Below are positions 1 to 15,000 of a DNA stretch of 64,000 nucleotides, piece by piece (positions within the stretch are counted from its first letter, which is position 1; each line of letters starts with the position of its first letter). The notes under the pieces were generated by a model. That model had not been told where the DNA came from. It did not search any database and was given only the letters and a program-made list of their open reading frames with translations. Source of the stretch: Candidatus Omnitrophota bacterium (lineage in GTDB: Bacteria > Omnitrophota > Gorgyraeia > Gorgyraeales > Gorgyraeaceae); assembly GCA_043821705.1 (NCBI GenBank), contig JBDRCN010000045.1, positions 22,400 through 86,399 of the forward strand. Reading direction: 5' to 3'. The position numbers and the translations under genes are program-made.

Positions 1-3000
1 ATCTAACTCTACATTAAATGTACCCATAAAACTGCCGGCTGTATTAAAAACTGAGACTATATATTCTTTAAATATAGTGGAAGGATCCGGAAGAATATCC
101 ACGTTATTAACGTAATCAAGTATTATATCACCCTCTGAAACCTCAAAGTTTGGATCTTTTACTAAGCTTTCCCGAGATAATTTATCATTATCTTTATTCT
201 CCAAAAGCACTTCCTCTAATTTTTCTGCTACTTCCTGATTGCGCTTACCTCTTCCGTGCGGTATATTCCCTATAAAAATAGCACCTCCAAATTTTTCATA
301 ATATGTCCTTATATCCTCCATTTGGTCATTTATAACCTTATTCCCTCCGCAAGAAGCCACCACTACGATCGCTACACTTCTTAGATTCTTTGTATAATTC
401 AGGTAACCTATGCTATTCCCGGTATGTACTCTTGGCATAAATACATCTATAGGGATGCGTTTTTCTTCAGGAACCGGCCTTCCATTATAAGTTATTCCAT
501 TATCAAAATAATACTGAATCGTAGGTACATAATCCGTAAGAACAAAAATCTCTTGGATTCCTCCAACTGTTCTTCTTACAATATACTTTCTTCCTTTTTC
601 TATCTCTACTTTTTCCACATTGTATCTTAAATCTCTATACTTACTAGCGGCGATATCTATCCAAGGTTCCAATGGCCCACGGTCAAATACAATCAGCATC
701 GTCAGCTTCTTATCACTAAATATATCTTCTGTTGGAACCATTTTTTCTTTTATCCCCATATCCTTTATAGCATTAGACATGTCTATAGCATCTTGCGTGA
801 TAAATCTGCCGTCAAACCTTGCAAAAATAGATGCAATCGAAGCTACAGGTATAGGATCGCCTGTTCTTTTATACTCTTTATAGTATTTTTTATATTTAGA
901 AACAATGACCTTTTCTATTTCCCTCTGATAACTATCTGGGACATTATCGCTAAATATAAGATCAAGCGGCCTTTTGAGCCTATTCACATTGGCAGCTATT
1001 TTTTCCATGTCATCTAACGGCCTTTCTATGGGTGAAATAAAATACTCTTCATTCTTATCAAATACTTCTACGAAATGGCCATAGTCCAACAAGCTCATAA
1101 GAAAATCATAAGAGTATGCCCTATTTGGATCAATAGTATTATCTTGGAAAAAGCCCTGATTATCTTTTATGTGTTTTTCGTATACTGCTTCAATGGTTGT
1201 TGGGTAAAGGTGGTCTTTGCCTAGCGCCATTAAATAATACGCAGAATTATTGCTAAGATTTTTTACAAAGGTTTCTCTTATGTTATCGCTTTCATGCTCA
1301 GTTAATGTAAACTGCCTGACATGTAAAACATTCATCCATATAGATATCTTTTCTAAAACCTTTCTTAAATCAATTTCTTTAATATCCTGGGCGTTTTTAG
1401 TGAATTCATTTAGTCTTACAGCAATCTCTTTACCAAGCTGGGCTTCATTTCTGCACTTTTTTAAATCAATACCCAATGTTGCTATTAAATAGTACATATC
1501 AGGAAACGTAAAACGTTCTAACTGAGAGCCCATATAAGACTGTAGTTGGATATTATCAATATCAGTTAAAGTTAAATTGCTGTATTTTACTATCAGGTAA
1601 TGGCCTTTCGTAGGGAAGGACTTTACGTCTTTAAAAAACTCTGGATTGGTCTTATAAAAATCTACTATTAAATTCGATAAATAGTGTTGTGAACGCCTTA
1701 GATCTACTATGGTTTCATCCCCTAAAGTAGCTATACAAGCCTTAAATATATATTTTTTATCTTCTTCTAGTAATCCTTGAATATTATTAATAGATTTCAC
1801 CCTGTGAAATGCAATAACTGATCCATAATCACCTTTTTTAATGTTTGATATTGCTGCCCTGACAAAATCTTCGGCTAAATCATCCTTCTTTAACTCTAAT
1901 GCATATATAATTCCAGATGAATGATCAGGATCATATTTAAAAAGATCTATAGTAGCATTCACAATTATTTCTTTTACTTCTTTATTTAATTCCATATTTT
2001 GTCTTTTAAACTTCTGCAGCACCTCTTTCAATTTAGACAAACTTTTTATATTAGCTATAATGGATTTAAAAACAACTATCTTTTCTTTCTGAGATATTTC
2101 GATATTAGACAAATTTAGGATCAAAAGAGCTGTTTCAGGATCTTTATTATTACATAAGCCCACAACAGTCTTTGTAACCATATTCTTAGTCCTAGAGTCG
2201 AACCCGCCTGATTGAATAGTCTCATTTTCAAAAAGGGCTATTATAGCTTTTGTATCTCCAGTTTTACTTATACCTCTTATGATTTTATTCTTTTCCTCTG
2301 ATGTTATATCTCCTAGATCTATATCAGGCAATATTCCATATATCCAGTAGGATCCCTCAGTAGTCTCTTTCGAAGTATTCAATATATCTATAAAGGTAAA
2401 TAGCAGATCTATTTTTTCTTCTGGGCCAAGTTCATTATAAATCCGCTTCAAGATAAGAAATACGCCTTTTGTTGCTTTATCCGTAGATGTGCTCTTTAAA
2501 AAACGCATAGAAACTGAATAAAGCCTCTTTCTAAGAGGTTCCGGCATTGTGCCTAAATCATATTTTGCGTTAATAGACGATAATGCTAATTCATAAGTTC
2601 CATTAGTTAAATTAGGGGCCTCTAGGATCTCTAGCATAGATAAAACTATTTTTTCTCTATTTGATTTTATATGAGCAATATTCTGCATAATTTTATCAAA
2701 CACGTCTTCATTTAATCCTTCATCACCCTGCCGTACACTAGACAAGGCTGTTAGAATATCTGCATCAAGATTCTCAGAAGCATTTGTTATACGAACATAT
2801 TTTCTTATCTGACTTATGGTATAAAGCTTTCTATTGTCGATCTTCGGATTATTTAACGCAGCTCTAAGATTGGATATAAGATCTCCTTTCATCTGGTTAG
2901 TAATCATATGTTTACTAGCTCCGTAGAAAATCTCTCGCAGGGCAACTATTAAAACACTTCCCAGTGCAGCATACTGAATACTAGAAATATTTGTATTTTC

Positions 3001-6000
3001 AAGGCCCTTGATCATAGTTGATATCATATCCGTATCTATTATTTTCTTATTTTCAATTAGGCTATTTATAAGAAGATTGCCTGCTGTCTTATAGAAATCA
3101 TCGCTTCTTCTTCTATCGCTAGCTAATTCATTTACTATAGCTTTTATCGCGACTTTGTTGTTCTTCAGATTGTCTCTACCAGTAATTTTATTTCCGGTAA
3201 CTATTGCTACGACGCCTACGGTGAGATTTCTGTTAATATCCTCTAAGATAACAACTGTTTGTACGTTACCACGGTCTTCAATAATGCAATTTTTGCCTTC
3301 TTTTAGAATTATTTCTTCTCCAGTTTTACTATCTTTAAGTTCTATTATCTCAGTTTCAATATCAACTGCTCCGTCATTAAGATTTGCTGTAGCATACCCT
3401 ATCACTCCAGAAACAATATAATTCCCAAGCTCATCATCTATTTGAGGCTGTGTTTCGTCAGGGATTAGGGAGCCAGTGTCTTTTTCTTCATCTAGTTCAT
3501 TAAGTTTTTCTTCTATCTCTATCTTTTTCTTCTTAAAAAATTCTTTAGCCGCATCTGAGGATTCATTATCATCAATAGCTTCATTTATTATCTCAAGAGC
3601 TTTATTGTAATTCTCTTTTGTTTCTTCGCTACCAATCTTATTTAGTTTCTCCAGATATTTAGCTCTATGTTTCAATTGTTCTTTAAATACTTCTATAAAG
3701 ACTTTTCCTTTTTCTTCAATTTTACTAATAGCCTCTCTAGTCTCTTCATTGTATAGATCCTTTAATTCTTCAAATTCTTCATGGCCTTCCTGTATTAATA
3801 GATATTCATAACCTAGATCCTTTTGATATAAGCTAAATCCAAAAGCAACTACTTTATTAGTCTTATCTGTTGCAACATAAAAAACACTCTTCTCTCTAAT
3901 GATGTAGTTTACGCCACCACCCTTTTCATCTATCAAATATACCTCTGGGTCACTTAATGGAGCATAACCATCTTCTTCAGAATAAAAATATGCACTATTA
4001 TCTACTCCAACTTTATCCATATCCCATGAAAAGAGATTATCGCTACAATAACGGAATAATCCAAAAAGCGCAGTATAGCTTTCAATTTTTCTATCACCAT
4101 ATAGCCAATGATGATCACCTTTTTCATCTTTTAATGGACTTGATTCTATCAGAACAGGTCCTTTTTCTAATATTTTATCTAATTTTTTCTTTAGAAGTCT
4201 TTCTTCTGGTAATGTTTTGACTCTTTTTATCATCTCGCCTTTAGGCTGCTGTAATTTTTCAATGTCCTCTTTTGTTATTTCTTTATCCAATAATTTTTCT
4301 ACCAACTCTTTGCTTGTGTAATCTTCAACCGGTTTTCCTTCCATAACAGGAACTATCGTATTGTAATATTTTGGATAGTTGACAGGATCTCTGCCTTGCA
4401 AATATAGAATATCTTTAAACTGTTCCAGAGGCAATTTTTTAATATTCTCAGCGCCATCAAGTCCTATGGAATCATAATAAGTGACCTCATTTGTCTCTTT
4501 GCTAAACGATGTGATATGGACTGAATGAGGTCCATGGTTATCAATTATCAGTATCATGCCGTATTTTTGGATATTCGTGTCCGCAAGCCTCTCCTCAAGG
4601 GTCACCCTTCCCTTTTCCTTGTATGAAAGGGTTTCTTCCATTTCGAACCTTACATCACTGCCGTAAAGCTCTGCCTGCTGGTTCATATAATCCCTCAGCT
4701 TATCAAAGGGAAATAAACTTTGATCGGAAGAATAAGTTATATTTGCTGCATAAATATCAATATCTCCATATGTACTTAGCCCGTTGTTTTTTTCAACATC
4801 CTTTAAAATACCAATCTTATCGAACATTGAGAGTGCAGCAAATATTGTGCAAGGTAAAGACAGGTCAAAAGGACCTTGCGCATTATAATGAATATTTGGA
4901 TATTTTGTATCATTTGACGGTTCCGCCTCAGTGGGTGGATCGTATACTGTCGGCCTTGTTTGTTCATCTCCTTTGGTCTGGTGTTGGACTAGGATATTAT
5001 TGATTGCTTCTCCTAGGCGAACTATCTTCACATCATATTTCCCATCCTCATTAAGCGTAAGTTCTAGCCTGTCTTCTTTCTTAAGAGGTTCTTTTTCTCC
5101 TGGTATATAGACTCTGTCTTTTCCGATTTTATATACTAATTTTCCATTTATAGATTCTTTATCTAGTTTTATTACATCATCTCCTATTATAAGCTCTCTG
5201 GCTTCTTCGTTAGAAGCAAGGCTAAGGACTTTTATACCCTTATCTACAGTGCCACTCATATCAGCCAGGCTTATGCCAGAGATAGTGGCAGTGAGATCGT
5301 TAGAAGGCGCAGTAAATGCTATTTTATATATTGACTCTTTATCCGGGGTGATCTCTATGCCATTTCTTGCTTCAAATACCACTTCACCATCTTCATCTAA
5401 TATGTCTTTTTTGACTGTAATAGTCCTCTTGCCTGTCATCTTATCCCACGTAATCTCAGAATTTGATTCATTGAAGCTAACAGTAATGCCATTCATTCTT
5501 AAATTTATCTCTTTATCTGAGATCATCTTCACTTCTCCCACGCCTCCACCACCAAATGTTACAGGCATATAGCCTTCATCAGGAACAGTTTCAGGTGTAT
5601 AATTATCACCTATAGGCACGCCAGACATAATCTCAGTTCCTAACGACGAAGGAGATTGGATGTTTTGATCTAATTCAGGCCTAGACATTATTGACTCAGT
5701 GTCGCGTTGTTCAGGTTCTTTGCTTTCTGCAATACTGCCTTTTCTAACAACTTCTATACTAAACTTCCCATCACCTTTAGGAGTTAGTTCTAACTGATTT
5801 CCACGATAAACCTTGACTTGTCCTAATATATTTATTCCTTCTTCTGGGATGTTTTTGAAGGTAAGTATTATAGACCCATCAGCTTGCGGCTCGCTTAGAT
5901 CTACCTTATCTCCTATAATAAATGCCTGGGCTTCGCCATTAGAAAGGGTAAAGGTAATCTCTTTTACTCCAAAGAAACTCTCTACATCATCTATATCAGC

Positions 6001-9000
6001 AAGGCTTATACCTGATATAGTAGCTGTAATGCCAGTAGGGTAGGAATGTTGAGGAAATGGGAAGGTTTGGCCTGAGTCGGGTTCTGGGATTATTAGACCA
6101 GTGTCGGAGTTTTTCTTAGGCTGGCCTTCTTTTTTATCTGTACTTACAGGGATAAGCTTCATCTTCTTTATATTAATAGTGCAATCTGGTTCATTTAATA
6201 ATATTTCATTTTCCCCATACCTTTTTCCTGTGTACATTTTTATCTTAGTGACACTTGTCAAATCTAAGTTTGAAGGCATATATATCTTTTTAATGCCATC
6301 TGTAGATACATCTATTTTAAAAGACGAGTCAAATATTTCCTTTCCATCAGACGTTACGAAGCTAATAGCAATTTCTTTAAGCCTGCCTTTGGATTTAAAG
6401 TTAGTGCCTGACGGTGTTTTTCTCACATCCAATTGCAATTCACACCCAGTAAGGTCTAAAGGCTTATCAAAAACAAAATCAACATAATTATACTCGCTAT
6501 ATATTCCGCCTGCTGAATAATATTGGCTTACTCCATCAATAAATATATTCATCCTGCCTACTGCTGATACGATAGATCCTATATTTCTCATTGTTGCTTT
6601 TTCAATAAAGATAAGTGGCGCTACATTTTTAATGGTTGATTCACATCTTAAAAGCCATTTATCCTTTTTATCCTTACATTCGTAACTCGCAATCAACGTA
6701 TATCTAAAATCTTTTCCTCCAGCTTTTGCGCGTGTTTTATTAACTAAATCTAGCACACTCTTTTTCATCATAGGATGCGGCAGCTTCTTAACTTGTTCTC
6801 CAATTTCTTTAAGAGAGCCTGTAAATATTTTCTGCTCAGGAATAATAGAGCATTTACTATAAAATCTCCAGGAATAAAAAGTATCTGGATGTTTTTCTAA
6901 CTCTTTCTTTGCTCGCAATGTCAAATCATACTTAAGATTTTCTCTTGAAAATGCAAAACTAATAGAAACGTATCTAAAAAAGTAGTGTCGCAACAATGGG
7001 CTTTTTATTTTCTTAGCCTGCTCTTTTATCTCGGTAATAGTGCCTATAAATCTCTCTTCAGGAATCTCTAACTCATTTAACCATCCTCTTTGCCTTTTCT
7101 TAAAATCCATACCAATTTCTTCTGGTGCTTCTGCTATTTTATATCCTGCATTTCTTAGCTCAAATTTAACCCAACCTTCAGACATACCATAGCTACCATC
7201 ACGACCACTACTCTCTTGAATATTGTTAGGACAACCTTTATCCAGTGTCATGATGCCAAATTCATATTTAATGCCTTCTTCTGCATTGTAAAATAGGCGT
7301 TTACTAACTTTATAATAATCTAAATATTCTTTAGCATATTGTCGCATTCTTGAATCCTCTAATGCCTCTATTTTTACCCTAAGTTCTGCGAGCGTACCTG
7401 TAAGTTTCAGCGGCTTAGGTGGCAATTCTTTCATCTCTACCTGCCAAGATTCTCCTGGCATCTCCTTTACAAATTTCACGGTTAAAATATACTCTACACC
7501 TTCCTGCAGTTTTGGTAGATTTTTCTCAAATTCTTCTTTAGCTACTTTTTTGATTTCTGCATCTTCTGTATTGCCTATTTCATGTTTAATCTCAGAATAT
7601 GAACCTCGAAACTCTGTTTCTATATCTTTTGAACTGCTTAATAAATCCTTTGCCAGTATTTGTTCAGTAAAAATCTCTATCGGGTCCTCTTCTAGCTCCT
7701 CTTCTAGCTCCATTGATATATCTTTAACTAATTTATCTTTCTGCAGTTGCGTGATTGATTTTATTTCTTCCGGCTCTAAAACCCCTTTTCTTGTTTTGCC
7801 TTTACCTTTGCTGGGAAAAAGGCTTATTTTCTCACCAGAGCTATATTCTCGCCCGTCAAGAGTTATGTCTTTTAAGAAAGTAACGATCCTTTCTCCATCT
7901 TCATCTCTATTGCCTATATCTACATCAATACCATTATAGAGCTTTACCTTTGTCATATCTTCTAGCTCTCTTAAAAGGTAAAAAGGTTTTTTATTTTTTA
8001 AGACTGTATTATATATATATTTAATTGGCTCTGGAGGTAAGTATGAATGCTTTGGTTCTTCTTCAGGTTCTGGGGCAGCGTGTTTTTCTAACTTTCTATC
8101 TTTACTTTCTTCTAAAATCTTCTGGGGTTTTTGTGGTTCTTCTTTTTTCTCAGAATCTCCATCGATAATATTATTCCAATAATTATGGTCCATCCAGATC
8201 TTGCCGTTTTCATCCATTGACCACTTGGCGTAATATTCATATCCATCATCATATAACTCCTCTAACTCTTCTTCTGTATAGAGACGCGTAAATCTATATG
8301 TCTCTAAATCTAACTTACAGCTTGTCATTCTTTCTACCTTTGCAAGCAATACTTTACTCTTTTTGCATTTTTCCAAAATTTCCGAAAATAGAGGATATGA
8401 AAAATTGAATAAAGATTCTGCAATAGCTGCTTGATCTTCTTTAAAACTACCTTGTCCATGCCCTCCTGCACAATCCTCAAGCTCTAGGCTCTCCGGCCAG
8501 CTAGAATCATCATTTGTCCATATATAAGGTATATAATCGTCATTAAAGTCCATAATGTGGAAAAGTTCGTGATGAAAATACTGATAATTGGAAAGAGTCA
8601 TTGTTGTAGGCCAAAAACGTGACTTAATATAATTTGTTACTTCTTGATTACTACTATGCCCTACATATTTAGGATTTATTGCTATCTTCTTAAAATTTGA
8701 ATTTTTTAAGAAAATCTTTGGATATCTAAGAAGCTGCTCTTTTACAGCATGAACCTTTTGGTATAAATATTCTAATCTTATCTCATCTCTTCCAGGTGTA
8801 GTACGATCTGTCTTAAGCCATTCATCTATTGCCTCAAAATCTAATTCATCAGAAATACCCAATAGAGAAACTTCTATCCCGAGATTTTCAATATCAAGTA
8901 CCTGAAGATAAATCTCTTCTTTAAAGTAATTCAATCTAGCCTTTTCTTCCTTGTCGCTACCTCTAATCACTTCTACGCTATACTTCCCATCATCTTTAAG

Positions 9001-12000
9001 GGTTAATTTTAGCTGATTTTCAGGATAGAACGTGCCTAAACCTAATATATTTACCCCATTTTCTCTGAAGGTAACTATTATTGTCCCATCAGCTTGCGGC
9101 TCGCTCACATCTACCTTATCTCCTATAATAAATGCCTGGGCTTCGTTGTTATAGGTAAAGGTAATCTCTTTTACTCCAAAGAAACTCTCTACATCATCTA
9201 TATCAGCAAGGCTTATACCTGATATTTCAGCTTCGACGGATGTTAGATCAGTAGAAGGTAAATCTATTCTATCAGCGTCTTTTTCAGGCATTAGTGAGCC
9301 AGTGTCAGGCTGCTCTTTTTTCACAAACTCTTTAAGCTGCCAGATAAGTTTGATAAGTGTCTTCTGCGTTAGACCTTCATCCGAAGAGGCTGCCTTATCA
9401 ATCTTGTCTTGTATAAATCCAAATGCCTCTAAACCAAATGCCTTTATAAATAACTCTCTATTAGTCCAATCATCGCTTAAAATTTCTAACGGATTTGGAG
9501 AAATAAGCATCAGCATTGAAATATAAGCTGGAATATAAACACCTTTATAAACCTTAGAAATTCTATATGGCGAATATCTAATAAGATCTTTAGTCTCATA
9601 ATATTTTGCATCATCTATCTTGCTCTTTTTGACCCAGACCTTTTTTCCTTTTTTCCCATTGACTACTTTATTGGCCGATATATAGCCCTTAGACCACTTG
9701 GCTTTTACAGCTGTATTTGGTACAAGGCTATATTTTTTACCATCAAAAACAATCGTATAATATCTGCTAAGATCAACTTTAATGGGAGATAATGGTTGAG
9801 TAAAATCTTTGTTAGCTGTACGATATTTTACTTTTTTCTCTTTGGCAAACTTTGTATTATCAATACTTTTCTGTATTCTATATTCCTCAAATCTTCTTTT
9901 GATGTCTTTAGGACTAGGTAGTTTACCTTTCATTAATTTTCTTAATTCTTTTAACTCTTTCCTTTCGCTTCCTTTAATTTCTCTATATTCTAAGAGTTTA
10001 TCTATCTTTTTAAGTGCTTCTTGCTTTATTGGGTATCTTTTTCCTAATAACGTATCAAATATACCGAGATCATTGATTTCTTTTATTAAGCCGTTTATCT
10101 TTGCTTTTAATATAGCAATCTCGGCTTTTGTCTTATATTTTTTCAAGTCTTTTTTCTCATCTGCGCTTATCGTTTTATTATTCAACCTTTCTTCTATTAT
10201 CTTAGATGCCCTCTTATACGCATTAGCTGCCTCTTTATAATCCAGACCTGTAGCGTTTAACTTTGCTTCGTTATAACATTTATTAATTTCTTCAATTACT
10301 ATATTTCTTTCTATAATATCTTTTTCTTTTTTCAATTTTACAGCTTCATCTATAGTTATATTTTTGCTATTTAATCTGCGTTTTATTCTCTCAAGAGTTT
10401 TCCTATACGCATCGACTAAGGTTACGGATGAAGTATCCTTTGAAGTCAAATAAGATTTAATGTCTTCGTAATGAGTTTCTGAACTTAGAGAAGACCTCCA
10501 TTCCATACTAATTCCGTTAAACTCACCATTGTCACCTCTTGCAGATATGATACTAAGATCATATTCAGCATCTATAATATTAAGGTGTTTGTAGAAATGT
10601 TCAAAAAATAAGGCTCGTATAAGTGGGCTTTTTATCTTTTTTGCTTTAGCTTTAATTTCTGAGAAGGTCCCAGTAAGCTCTATTTTGTCTGGAATATTTG
10701 TTTCGTTAATCCATCTCAGCTGTGTATATTTAAATCCTATATCACATGGCTCCGTAGGTTCTAAGATCATCGACGGGCTACCATGACTATTAAGCCATTG
10801 GACTTTGCTCCTTTCCCATTCTTCATTACTATACCAAGGGGTAAAATCAGGGCCTGGAGAATCTATTGCTTTTCCTTTTAGATCTAGATTTAATCCTATC
10901 AATATGCCAATAGTGTATGTTACGCCTGCTTCAAGTAGTGGTCTAATCTCTTTAAGACAGTGATCCAATGTTTCCTCAGCATACTCTTTCACTCTCGGGT
11001 CTTGTATATTCTCTATCTTGACCCTAAGTTCGGAAAGTGTACCTGTTAACTTCAATGTCTGCGGCGGGATTTCTTTCATCTCTACTTGCCATTCTTCCCC
11101 CTTCATAGTTTTAGTTAATTTTATATCTAGAACATACTCTACGCCCTTTTGTAGCTTGGGTAGCTTCTTATTAAATACCTTTTCAGCTTCCTTTCTCATT
11201 CTTGCATCTTTTATATTATTTATTTTATCTTTAATACTGGAATAGGAGCCTTGAAATCTCCTATTTATACTTCTTACCTTATATCTTACACCATCTTCTG
11301 AACGGATAAGTTCTAACTGAGTACCAGTTGGGAAGAATTCTTTGCCTTGAGGGGTATCTATATAGGTCTCTTTTGTAAATTCTACTGCGATGATTTCCTC
11401 TCCATCCGGGTTATCAACTTCTTTTATGCAATTTGGATATGATTTACCATCTACCTCAATTCCTGTAGAGCCATATATAGTTAATCCATCAACTGATGCT
11501 AGATCTGTAAAGAAGGTGATGTTTATAAGAGGAAGGATTTGTTTAGTGTCAATGTGAGGGTGAGTTTCATCAGGCATTATCGACCCACTGTCGGATTCTT
11601 TAGATTCTTCTTCTCTTAGTAATCTCTTATATGCCTTTATAAACATAACTCCTAAGTTCTTATGAGGTGCTATATAATTACCAAAGGCTCCATTGTGGCC
11701 GAGTCTATCTTCCGCCTTTTCCCAGAACGCTGGCCATGATATATCCTTACCTTTAAGTATCTCAGTATTTAATAGATATAAAAGCGGATCATTTACATAC
11801 ATTGTCCCTGTTCCTTTAGTAGATATAATATGGGCTTGGGGAGTTTTATCTAATATATCTGATATCTCATTATAACCACCGCAGGATCTAAGGACAACTA
11901 GCTCTGCTTCTGGGTTTATTCTCTTAATAGTCTTATTAACATGATAACTATGCCCCATATGGACTTCTATATGGACCTTTTTCCCTTTTAAAGCCTTATC

Positions 12001-15000
12001 TATAGCAGCCTGCCCTTTATCTTCGAATTCTGGTTTATTGACATATAGTTCAATCCTTTTACCATTAGTAGGTCTTGATATTATAAGGGTATAGCTATCT
12101 TTATCTTTAATCTGCCAAGCTTTTTTACCTTTATATTGATTAAGGAGACTATTGTAAGAGGCCTTGCCATCTTCATCATTATAAGAATAGAATCTCTGGA
12201 TGCTCACTTCGTCTTCATTAAATAGGTTCTTAGTAGGTAGTTTTGTAATATCCTGCAGTTTATATTTTTTTGACATCTTTTTAAACCAATCAGTGCTAAG
12301 TACTGCCTTTTCGCTGAAGAGGCCTGATAATAAGCCGTAAATAACTCTTGCCTCTTTATTGTCTTTCTTGAGGACTTTATGGTATTCTTCCTTTATGGTT
12401 TCTTGGAGGACTTTTAAGACTTCTTTATCCTGTATCATGCTAAAGGTATCAGCTATAATTACAGCCTGTGATAGTAAATCTTTATCATCGGACTTAATCC
12501 TTACAAATCGTTTAAGTAAGTGTATCTTTTCATCCTTTGTTACTGTATTCAAGAATTCATTCAATCTATTGTAGCTGGCACATAGTTTAATCATCACTCT
12601 AAACTTATTGTAATCTACCTTTTTAAACAAAGTCTTAGCAGTCAATCCTTCTTTTTTCATTTTATTAAGCATTCTTGTAAATAGGCCATTAAAGGTGGAA
12701 GTAAAGACTTCGTTTTCGCCATAGACCATAAGAGTATAGAGTGTTTCGGAATCAAAAGTTTCTACTGATCTAAAACGTATTGTGTCGGATGAGTCATGTA
12801 GATAGTTTATGTCCCATATCGCTCTAAGACAAATCATTTTTAGGCCATTGGTTATAGAAAAACTTCCTAAATAATCTGGCTGTCTTTTAATTTCAATAAT
12901 ATTTTTAAGTAATAGACTAGGGTCTTTGGCTATATTATAGGCCTTTTCAAAAGACAGGTTATTCTTTACTATCTTATCTAAAAGTAATGTCGTCCAAAGT
13001 GCATCTTCCTGAGATTTCAACGGTACATTTTTAACACCCCAATCATATAGCCCGCACAATTTTTTAACTATAGGATTTTTACTGCGTTTCAATACTTCAA
13101 TAAAATCTGAATTTCTGGTTAAGGTTGCAAATATAAAATCGGTCAGCTGTCCTCTATCGTTTCCTCCAAAAATTAACTTCGACCCTCCATCAATAGCTTC
13201 AAAAGGAGCAAAAATAACCTTGGATTCAAGAAATTCTAGTCCATAAGGTTGATCAATAAATATCTTATAGTGTCTAGATAAATTCTCATTAAAAACATAA
13301 ATAAGATCTAGTATTTCAGGAGCCCAAGACTTGCTTATCCATTTTGCTAAAAATGGTTTTACTATGAAGGTATCGCCTACTATTTTCCCTTCTATGAGCA
13401 TAACTTTAAATATTTCCTTTGCCCAAGGTTTATCAATATATTTATCCATATCTTCCATTGCCCTCTTAGGATCATCTCTAGCTAACTCCATATAATAAGA
13501 TTTTTCTTTTTCAGTATCACGCTCGCTTAAAGATATTCCAGCAGAAGAAGGGCTTAATATGCCTTCGGTAGATGGACTGACAATAAAATCAAAATCTTCA
13601 TCTACAGGAATATCCGACCTGCCTGTAATATCTTTTGTCTTTTGAGGCTCTTTTTCCTTGGCACTACCTCTATCTATTTTATATTTCATCTCTTTTGAAA
13701 CATAAACCTGATATTTTAATTCTGAAATCTCATATGGTGATTTAGCTATATCTTGTTTTTTGATAAGATCTGTCGCGCTATCTATACTAGATTTCTTTAT
13801 AAGTACTCTTTCCTTTATTTTTCCATTAACCATTCTTACACCAAGGACATAAAGGCTTTTATCCTCACTCCATCCATCTAATTCATATTCAACATCATCT
13901 TTATGAATAAGGCTGTGTTTTTGGCCATCATATACAATAATATAGTCTTTGCTGAGGTCTGATTTTATTAGTTCAGTTACCTTATATCCTATTCCATCTT
14001 CTTGAAGTACGAGTCCTAATTGGGTGTATTTGGGGAAAAATTCAGCTTCTATGGTGGTGTCTTTTGTAAATTCTACTATTGTAATTCTACCCTCTGCTCC
14101 TATTCTTGTTTTAACCTCTTTTATACAGTTTGGATATGGTTTACCATCTACCTCAATACCTGTATAGCTATCTATAGGAGTAAGCTTATCAATGGATGCA
14201 AGGTCTACGAAGGGGATGATGTTGGAGAAGGGGAAGATTTGCTCAGTTTCAGGTTGAGGCTGAATGATCCCATCAGGCACCAGTGAGCCACTGTCAGGTT
14301 CTTTTTCAGGTTCTGGGGTTTTCTTTTCTTGTATTCTTTTTAAAACTTCCAATAGTTTAGTATTTGTAGGGGCGCCTTCACTGTCCAATCCCGACCTTGT
14401 CCAAAAATCAATCATATCTCCTAAATTCCCTACTCCTAACACATTTCTATCTTTATCTAAAAATGTTATAATGGGAGTCATGGCTTTCTTAGCACCAAAA
14501 ATAAAAGGCACTAAAGCTGTAACTAAATTTGTACTTTCGGAAGTAAACTCCTCTCCATCAGAAGATGTTACCTTTATACCATCTTTCGTAACTTGATAGA
14601 AAAACTCCTGGCCACTTCCTTCTGGTATAATATACCCTTCGGAAATTATTTCAGAATCTTCTTCTATGCTGGGTTTATCTATAACGTTATAATCATCAAT
14701 TCTATGTAAATAACTAACATTAATATTATCGGTTGAAATGAGATTATTTAATAAAGATCCTCCTATTAAACCTCCTAATATCTTACCTAATTTCAAAGAA
14801 ATGCCTGCTTCAATACGATCAAGAGTATGGCCATCTCCGTCCGGCTGCCAAAATTCCCCGATTTTCATAAAATTGAAATTTGCTTCACCGTAATCAGTAT
14901 TTAAAGATATGCCTCCACCCCATTGGTACTGATCCTCGGGATCTATGGAATAATTAAGCCCGCTTGATGTAAATGGTGTACGCCCCCATGCATTAGCTTT

